A DNA stretch of 64,000 nt from an uncultured Rhodoluna sp. (lineage in GTDB: Bacteria; Actinomycetota; Actinomycetes; Actinomycetales; Microbacteriaceae). Numbering within the stretch: the stretch's first letter is position 1; every line of letters starts with the position of its first letter. The translations under genes and the position numbers were made by a program. The stretch is from NCBI GenBank assembly GCA_964394575.1, contig CAYMYB010000005.1:11141-75140 (forward strand). Direction: 5' to 3'. Below the pieces are notes generated by a model. The model had not been told where the DNA came from. It worked only from the letters and a program-made list of their open reading frames with translations, and made no database searches. Positions 58,901 to 64,000 of the stretch are shown piece after piece.

Positions 58901-59525
58901 TGGCAGCGGTATGCAGGTTGCCCTGAAAGACCTTGAAATTAGAGGTGCAGGTAATTTGCTCGGTGGTGAACAGTCTGGTCACATAGCCGGAGTAGGATTT
59001 GATCTTTATCTGCGGATGATTGGTGAGGCGGTTGATGAGTTCAAAGGCATCAAGATTGATTCCCCAGCCGAACTAAAACTAGAGATCCCAATTGATGCTC
59101 ACATCCCCCTGGAATATGTCGACTCAGAGCGCTTGCGCCTTGAGGCCTATCACAAGCTATCTGCAGCCAGCGGAGAGCGTGGAACCAGGGTCCAACTTGA
59201 TTTGATATTCCAAGAATTAGAGGACCGTTACGGTAAAGCACCACAGCCGGTCATCAACCTGATTGATGTCACTGAGTTCCGGCAAGTTTGTAATAGGTAC
59301 GGCCTAAAAGATGTTTCTCTTACCCTCGGGCAAATAAAAATTCAGCCAGTCGAACTAACCGAGGCAAGGCAGGTAGCGCTTAGCCAGCAGTACCAGGGGC
59401 TAAGGTATCTAAAGTCTTCGAAACAGCTAACTATCCCAATTCCGAAGGCCAGCGATGGCCAGTCACTTGCCGATCGCAGCCTGATTGACTGGGCGGTTAA
59501 TCTCTTGACTGAACTCTTAAACTAA
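55992..59525 (+). CDS. mfd: transcription-repair coupling factor
   Basis: 1177 aa. UvrB-homology N-terminus, CarD-like RID (GDYVVHEIHGIGRF), SF2 motifs (GDVGYGKTE, DEEQRFG, SATPIPRT, QLHQIRGRVGR) and the TRG motif. Confidence 0.95.
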   Translation: MNVHDGSEGCSRLAARLAESEGFSALSKNLTKKKLEIVAPSGSQNWVLAAINELHSRAELNNQYLVVVSSGKEAQELSDFLKLVAPESEVLEFVSWETLPHERLSPSPETVGKRLASLHRLAELQKTNQPFFVVCSIRAALQPVILGLEKYPALQFEVGKEYLLPELALKLIEIAYQRVDMVTRRGEFAVRGGIVDVFPTTAKHPVRLEFFGDELEQMREFSVADQRSLEAKPTELTVYPAREIIITPAVAQRAREMEHEFPNLFTLLAKIGQGIPVDGMESLAPVLVDRLGQISDYLPKNAQIVLLSPEKSMARATNLIDTNLEFLHAAWDAAIEGAKAPIDLSAGGFKTMMEFVSGLDGRDLISITSFLSDEKQINLPLFEVPSFKALQTEPIDYIQDQLKLDHSVFLSAMGHGTAERMVEILSEAKLPAKLANSVPTRFEPIVYVIQAPLRKGFVANDAKITLITDSEFFGRGTTFGQPNKPRMAQKRGQAVDPLTLKAGDYVVHEIHGIGRFVEMTQRTLGVGIAKYTKEYLVIEYAPAKRGLKGDVLYVPTDQLDYLTRYVGAEAPVMNKMGGIDWARAKGNARKAVRKVAIDLVKLYSQRMNASGHAFLPDGDWQREMEDSFPYTETPDQLNTVEEIKRDMEKPVPMDRLVAGDVGYGKTEIAVRAAFKAVQDGKQVAILVPTTLLVRQHVETFLERYAGFPINVRALSRFQSPKENKATIEDLATGLVDVVIGTHKLLGKNIKFKDLGLVIIDEEQRFGVEHKEKLKELKTNVDVLAMSATPIPRTLEMAITGIREMSTLATPPEERHPILTYVGPYNESQVAAAIHRELIREGQVFFVHNRVESIDFVASRLAELVPDARIAVAHGQMNEHQLEQVVIDFWERRYDVLVSTTIIEAGIDIPNANTLIVDRAENFGLAQLHQIRGRVGRSTERAYAYFFYGVEKPLSPFALDRLSTIAANNELGSGMQVALKDLEIRGAGNLLGGEQSGHIAGVGFDLYLRMIGEAVDEFKGIKIDSPAELKLEIPIDAHIPLEYVDSERLRLEAYHKLSAASGERGTRVQLDLIFQELEDRYGKAPQPVINLIDVTEFRQVCNRYGLKDVSLTLGQIKIQPVELTEARQVALSQQYQGLRYLKSSKQLTIPIPKASDGQSLADRSLIDWAVNLLTELLN

Positions 59526-59527
59526 AA

Positions 59528-59557
59528 AGCCTGGAAAATTCAATTTCCAGGCTCTTT
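59528..59557. terminator. bidirectional terminator between mfd and the TM2 genes
   Basis: AGCCTGGAAA-ATTCAA-TTTCCAGGCT (10-bp stem), with AAAA upstream and CTTT downstream. Confidence 0.65.
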
Positions 59558-59567
59558 AGATTAGATG

Positions 59568-59903
59568 TCAGCGTCGAGCTAGGGCTTGCCCGTTTGAGTC
59601 TCTGACCGTGTTGTTAGCAATCAGCACGATGTCGATAATCCACCAGATTCCACAGCCACCGAAAGTAATTAACTTTAGGATTCCTAGTCCAACTTGGCCT
59701 AGGTAGAAACGGTCTACACCTAATTGACCAAGCAGAACGGAAAGCAGCAAAGCTGTTAACCAATCTTTCTGGCCTGTTGAGACTGCAGGTTGTGAAGCTG
59801 ATTGGGTATCAGCTGGGCTGCCGCAGCCTGGGCAAATCTGAGCAGTTGCAACTAGCCCCCTGCCGCAAGCCGAACAGAATTTATCAGATGGAGTGCTAGA
59901 CAT
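59568..59903 (-). CDS. TM2-domain membrane protein with N-terminal zinc-ribbon
   Basis: FCSACG...CPGCG ribbon, then the TM2 signature [34 protein letters not shown]. Confidence 0.75.
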   Translation of the reverse strand: MSSTPSDKFCSACGRGLVATAQICPGCGSPADTQSASQPAVSTGQKDWLTALLLSVLLGQLGVDRFYLGQVGLGILKLITFGGCGIWWIIDIVLIANNTVRDSNGQALARR

Positions 59904-60133
59904 TATTTCTTTAGAAGATCTCTTCCCTGGGCATCCTTTAGGCTGCCTGTCAGGATCAGAATGAAGTCAATCAGGGCCCAGATTCCGCAGCCACCCAAGG
60001 TGAGTAGCTTGGCCACGCCAAGACCGGTGTAGCCGAGGTAAAAGCGGTCGACTCCCAAGCCGCCAAGGAAGAAGCTGATTAGCACTGTGGTTAGGAAGTC
60101 GCGTTGTGGTGGGGTTGGTTGGGGGGTGGACAT
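59903..60133 (-). CDS. TM2-domain membrane protein
   Basis: [34 protein letters not shown]. Its stop overlaps the start of the downstream paralog by 1 nt. Confidence 0.75.
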   Translation of the reverse strand: MSTPQPTPPQRDFLTTVLISFFLGGLGVDRFYLGYTGLGVAKLLTLGGCGIWALIDFILILTGSLKDAQGRDLLKK

Positions 60134-60214
60134 GTATTTCCTTTCGATGGGTTTGTACCCAACTGAGAATATCTAAATAAACTAAGTTTCCAGGGAAATA
60201 ATGGAGGCTGTAAC

Positions 60215-60577
60215 ATGAAAGTTATAAAGGCTAAAAAGTTACTTCTTCCTGGCCTAGTTCTCGCCACTGCAGTTATCTATCTGCTTTTTTGGCCTAAGCA
60301 GTATCGGTTGTTCTGTCCCATTCATGCGCTGACCGGTTTGTGGTGTCCCGGGTGCGGAAGTACCAGATCAGCCGAGGCGCTAATTCATGGCGACTTATCT
60401 TCTGCGATTAATTACAACGCTCTATTGGTAACGGCACCGGTATTGATGCTGATTGGGGTAGCGCTAGATAAAAAGAGTAAAAAGGCACTGAATATCTACT
60501 TAGCTTTGCTTTTGGTTTTAGTTATCGCTTTTACGATCCTTAGAAACATACCCGGATCTAGTTTCGCTCCGCTATAG
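60215..60577 (+). CDS. DUF2752-family membrane protein
   Basis: CPIHALTGLWCPGCGSTRS motif plus 3-4 TM helices. Confidence 0.7.
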   Translation: MKVIKAKKLLLPGLVLATAVIYLLFWPKQYRLFCPIHALTGLWCPGCGSTRSAEALIHGDLSSAINYNALLVTAPVLMLIGVALDKKSKKALNIYLALLLVLVIAFTILRNIPGSSFAPL

Positions 60578-60620
60578 AGCGCTATTCAAATTGTCCTAAA
60601 TTCTCTGGCAAACTAACCTC

Positions 60621-61325
60621 ATGACTGAATTAGATGAGTTGATTAGCACGGCTAAACGTTTGCGAGCCCCAGGTGGTTGCCCTTGGGATGCCGAGCAGAC
60701 CCATCAGAGCTTGGTGCAGTACCTGCTTGAAGAGACCTATGAACTTATCGATGCCCTTGAATCTGGAAATCGTAACGAGGTTCTTGAGGAACTGGGTGAT
60801 GTTTTATACCAAGTAGTTTTCCACTCCGATCTGGCTAGCACCGGGTCATTAGGTGAAGCTTTCGATATTCAAGATGTGGCTAAATTCACTAGAGAAAAAA
60901 TGATGGGGCGACACCCCCATGTCTTCGGCGATGCTGAACAGTTAGAGAAATTTAGAGCAGAAACCGGCGATGACGTGATGTTGAACTGGGATAACCACAA
61001 ACAAAAAGAAAAACCAGAACGAGAATCAGTTCTCGATGGCATCCCTAAAGCCATGCCGGCTTTGGCGCTAGCCGACAAGGTACTCGGTAAGGCTCAGAAG
61101 ATAGGCATTCTGGATAAGGCTTCCGAGTCTCCGCTAAAACTAGAAAGCCAGGAACAGCTCGGATCACTGCTTTTGGCTATCGTCCAAGCAGCCAAGGCCC
61201 AGGGATTGGACTCTGAAGCCGCTTTGCGTCAGGCGGTAAGGGATTTGTCTTCTGATATACGTAAGGCAGAGGTGCTTAGTGCCAGCGATGCTGGGATTAT
61301 CGGTCAAGATCCAGCCTTGGAATAA
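60621..61325 (+). CDS. mazG: MazG nucleoside-triphosphate pyrophosphohydrolase
   Basis: GGCPWDAEQTHQSL, EETYELIDAL and ELGDVLYQV motifs. Near mfd, as Rv1020 is to Rv1021. Confidence 0.9.
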   Translation: MTELDELISTAKRLRAPGGCPWDAEQTHQSLVQYLLEETYELIDALESGNRNEVLEELGDVLYQVVFHSDLASTGSLGEAFDIQDVAKFTREKMMGRHPHVFGDAEQLEKFRAETGDDVMLNWDNHKQKEKPERESVLDGIPKAMPALALADKVLGKAQKIGILDKASESPLKLESQEQLGSLLLAIVQAAKAQGLDSEAALRQAVRDLSSDIRKAEVLSASDAGIIGQDPALE

Positions 61326-61399
61326 CCTGAGTTACCTATTCTGGCTGGTTTATGTAAGGTTGAATTAATTCAGCAATTGCTTTGAAGGGATGGGAAATT

Positions 61400-64000
61400 A
61401 TGAACTCATCTCTATATGCCGCAATCAGGCCAATAATTCTAAAATTAGCGATTTTTGCCCTAACCGCAGCCGGCCTTATTTTCACTAGCCAAACCGCTAA
61501 AGCCGAAACGGCCATTGGCGTCGGTCTAAACCCAGTAGCCGTGACTGTGGACAGCCAAGGAAATGCATACACAGCTGATCTGGGTTCCGGTACTATCTCA
61601 AAAATCAGCCCGAACGGGCAGGTCAGCACTTTTGCGGATCTAAATCCACAAAAACCTACAGCCTTGATTCTCAGTCCAAGCGGAAATCTCTTCGTTGGAA
61701 CTAAAACCGGGACACTTTTTAGCATCAACCCTTTAGGTGTAGTTTCAACTTTTGCTACGGTTGGTAAAAACCCCGTTGCCATGCTCTTTGATGCCGCTGG
61801 AAATCTCTACACCGCAAACTACATAGACAGTTCGATCTCTAAGGTTACCCCGGAAGGGCAAGTTAGTCGCTTCGCCGTGGTTGGAACCTGGCCGTCGGAT
61901 ATAGCAATGGACTCGCTGGGTAATTTATACACGGCAAGCTACCTAGATGGCTTTGTCAGTAAGGTAAGTCCAACCGGTCAGGTAACTTCATTCGCCAACG
62001 TTGGTTCTTACCCAAGTTCTCTAGTGATTGATTCGGCAAATAATTTATTTGTAACTAACTCAGCAGATAATACAATTTCTAAGATCACCCCAGCCGGCAC
62101 AAGCACAGTATTTGCAACCGTTGGTAAATCGCCAAACTCAATTGCAATAGATTCAAACGGCAACCTTTACACAGCTAACTATCTGGATAACACTGTGACC
62201 CAAATATCTAGTTCAGGGATTGTTTCAACATTTGCAGTAACGGGGGATGGGCCAACCGCACTAGAGCTGTCAACTAACTTAAATCTTTACATTGCCAATA
62301 ATCTCGCTGGCTCGATAACTGTTCGAGACACCAACGGTGATTATTCTGCTGCACCTAGATCACTTCAAGCCAATACAACTAGAAGCACCCAAGCAGAGTT
62401 ATCTTGGCAGGCACCTATTTCTGCTGGCGGATCCGCTGTTACTGATTACCTTGTTGAGGCTACGACTAATAACGGCAATACCTTAGTCGGTACATATCGA
62501 GTTGGAACGACTAGCACCAGTTTCAGCTTCCCAGGGCTGTGTTCCAAGCAGGCCTATCAGCTAAAAAGCTATGCCATCAATTCAAGTGGCTTATCAGTAG
62601 CCTCAAATCAGATCACGCTGACTCCGCCAAATGGTGAAGCAGCCGCGCCAGCTAACCTGGCTACCACGTTGGTTCGAGGCACCTCGGTAGCGCTGAGCTG
62701 GGATGCCCCGAGCTGTGATGGCGGCGCACCTGTAACGAACTACCGGATAAGTTACTCCTCTGATTCAGGGCAGAGCTGGGTAACCATCAGCAAAGCAGCT
62801 AGCGCTGCTACCAGTCACACCGTCACAGGCCTAGTTCTAGGCAGAAACTACCTGTTCAGGCTAAGTTCCTTGAATTCCTTTGGGGAGGGCCTAGCAGGGG
62901 CTGTCATAGCAGTGACAACCGCCGAATCAACAGCGTTTTACACAGTTGGATCTGCACCTGCAGCCATGGCCTTTGATGCTTCCGGCAATGCCTATGTTGC
63001 CAACACCATGGATAACTCTGTATCGAAGATCACAACCAACGGGGTTGTCTCTCGTTTTGCCACTGTTGGCGATAACCCTGCCGCGCTAGTCTTTGATGCT
63101 GCTGGAAACCTATATGCGGCTAATTCTGATGAAGGAACAATTACAAAAGTCACGCCACAAGGAACTGCGACAATCTTGGCCACAGTCGGTGATCGACCAA
63201 CTTCACTGGTTTTTGATTCAAGCGGAAACCTTTATAGCGCTGATGCTATTTCTGGAACGATTTCAAAGGTTACTCCAACCGGTGAAGTCTCAGTGTTTGC
63301 CGATTTGGCCAGCAATCCGACCGCTTTAGTTATTGATTCCGTCGGAAACCTATACAGCGCGAATGGTAGAGACAGTACCGTTTCCAAAATTACGCCAACC
63401 GGCCAGATAACCAAGCTAGCAACTTTACCTATTGCAGCTAGCCGCATGGTCTCGGACAGTTCCGGAAACCTTTATGTTTTTAGCACCGTGAGTTCAAAGA
63501 TCTACAAAATTACCGCAACAGGTGAGCTGAGTGTATTTATTTCGCTTAGTGACTCAGTGACTGATTTTGTGATTGATGCAAAAAATAACTTCTACTTTGC
63601 AAATAGCACCGACGGAACAATCTCTAAACTAACTGCCGCAGGCAAGCTAAGCACCCTAGCCGTCTATGAAGATACGATCGTCAGAATTGCCAGCGACTCA
63701 AACGGAAATCTTTTCACCAGTTTTGATGAAGGCAAGGTCGCCAAGAGTGTTCTAGGAAAAACACCAACTGCTCCAAGATCGCTTACTTCTTCCCAACAAA
63801 GCTCCAGCACTATATCGCTTTCCTGGACTGCACCTGAATCAAACGGCGGTTCAGCGATAACCGAATACCAAGTAGAGATATCAGCGGAAGGCGTTTCAAG
63901 CTGGGAGCTTGTTGCTAAGACTTCAAGCACAGCGTTGCAGGTGACAAACCTAGAACCGCAGAGTGGTTACCGTTTTAGGGTATTAGCCATAAATGGCCTA
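61400..64000 (+). CDS. large secreted multidomain protein: signal peptide, 7-bladed beta-propeller, 2 FN3 domains, second 7-bladed propeller, FN3... (3' end beyond the window)
   Basis: Not in the ORF track because it has no stop before the window end. The frame is open for 867 codons from the ATG at 61400 (SD GAAGGGA about 10 nt upstream). Signal peptide MNSSLYAAIRPIILKLAIFALTAAGLIFTSQTAKA/ET. There are fourteen ~40-aa repeats of the type GxxPxAlxxDsxGNLYtANxxDxTISKITPxGxVSTFATV. FN3 hallmarks are present (LSWxAP..GGSxxTxY, Y.FR). Confidence 0.85.
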   Translation, partial: MNSSLYAAIRPIILKLAIFALTAAGLIFTSQTAKAETAIGVGLNPVAVTVDSQGNAYTADLGSGTISKISPNGQVSTFADLNPQKPTALILSPSGNLFVGTKTGTLFSINPLGVVSTFATVGKNPVAMLFDAAGNLYTANYIDSSISKVTPEGQVSRFAVVGTWPSDIAMDSLGNLYTASYLDGFVSKVSPTGQVTSFANVGSYPSSLVIDSANNLFVTNSADNTISKITPAGTSTVFATVGKSPNSIAIDSNGNLYTANYLDNTVTQISSSGIVSTFAVTGDGPTALELSTNLNLYIANNLAGSITVRDTNGDYSAAPRSLQANTTRSTQAELSWQAPISAGGSAVTDYLVEATTNNGNTLVGTYRVGTTSTSFSFPGLCSKQAYQLKSYAINSSGLSVASNQITLTPPNGEAAAPANLATTLVRGTSVALSWDAPSCDGGAPVTNYRISYSSDSGQSWVTISKAASAATSHTVTGLVLGRNYLFRLSSLNSFGEGLAGAVIAVTTAESTAFYTVGSAPAAMAFDASGNAYVANTMDNSVSKITTNGVVSRFATVGDNPAALVFDAAGNLYAANSDEGTITKVTPQGTATILATVGDRPTSLVFDSSGNLYSADAISGTISKVTPTGEVSVFADLASNPTALVIDSVGNLYSANGRDSTVSKITPTGQITKLATLPIAASRMVSDSSGNLYVFSTVSSKIYKITATGELSVFISLSDSVTDFVIDAKNNFYFANSTDGTISKLTAAGKLSTLAVYEDTIVRIASDSNGNLFTSFDEGKVAKSVLGKTPTAPRSLTSSQQSSSTISLSWTAPESNGGSAITEYQVEISAEGVSSWELVAKTSSTALQVTNLEPQSGYRFRVLAINGL
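61511..62345 (+). repeat. seven tandem ~120-nt coding repeats (propeller module 1, NHL / Vgb-lyase-like blades)
   Basis: Periodic recurrence of GGAAA(T/C)CT(C/T)TA(C/T)AC...ATCTC(T/A)AA(G/A)(A/G)T(C/T)AC(C/G)CC about every 120 nt, and of the peptide GNLY...SK(I/V)(T/S)P.G. Confidence 0.8.
62930..63765 (+). repeat. seven tandem ~120-nt coding repeats (propeller module 2)
   Basis: Same repeat family as 61511..62345: FDASGNAYVAN, FDAAGNLYAAN, FDSSGNLYSAD, IDSVGNLYSAN, SDSSGNLYVFS, IDAKNNFYFAN, SDSNGNLFTSF. Confidence 0.8.

Noticed and set aside
61336-63930. Minus-strand ORFs 61336..61782, 62992..63183, 63232..63447 and 63664..63930, and plus-strand 63093..63329
   Set aside because: All lie inside or antisense to the 867-codon open frame encoding the propeller/FN3 protein. 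None has a motif or sensible start context.

Overview
This is a gene-dense window of roughly 90% coding sequence with many 1-8 nt start/stop overlaps. It looks like chromosomal core DNA from a moderate-GC, streamlined actinobacterium (Micrococcales/Microbacteriaceae-like). That guess rests on gene content only; no GC value was computed and no database search was run.

The gene order is a mosaic of blocks that are also syntenic in Mycobacterium tuberculosis:
- ppk1-mutT1, a glnR-like orphan regulator, an Rv0813c-like FABP protein and ygfZ
- gpmA / phoU / senX3-regX3
- carD-ispDF-cysS-rlmB
- cspA and groEL behind tandem CIRCE operators
- an XPB/ERCC3 helicase with its partner gene, a cspB-like CSD protein, and serC
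- MTHFS and rimJ
- pmt / rsmI-metG-tatD-ksgA-ispE / tRNA-Gln / glmU-prs / rplY-pth-mfd / mazG

Three tRNAs were read by hand: Thr-UGU, Arg-CCU and Gln-UUG. I saw no rRNA, CRISPR array, transposase, integrase or prophage genes.

Two real genes are missing from the supplied ORF track because they run off the window edges. One is a partial SDR gene at 1..376 (-). The other is a very large secreted protein at 61400..64000+ (+), built from seven-bladed beta-propeller modules and fibronectin-III domains.

The most interesting non-housekeeping observations are:
- the propeller/FN3 giant protein
- a 1212-aa DUF4011/Upf1-like helicase-like protein whose catalytic motifs all look degenerate
- a stand-alone Lys/Ala-rich histone-H1-like repeat protein, with similar tails grafted onto an ABC ATPase and onto RlmB
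- a structured 200-nt leader (candidate ydaO/c-di-AMP riboswitch) ahead of an NlpC/P60 hydrolase
- a 30-codon His/Cys-rich ORF whose stop codon lies in the loop of a strong intrinsic terminator
- an orphan WXG100 gene whose Shine-Dalgarno sequence is buried in a perfect hairpin
- a TM2/TM2/DUF2752 membrane-protein islet inserted between mfd and mazG

No clearly novel multi-gene system such as a defence island could be supported from the sequence alone.
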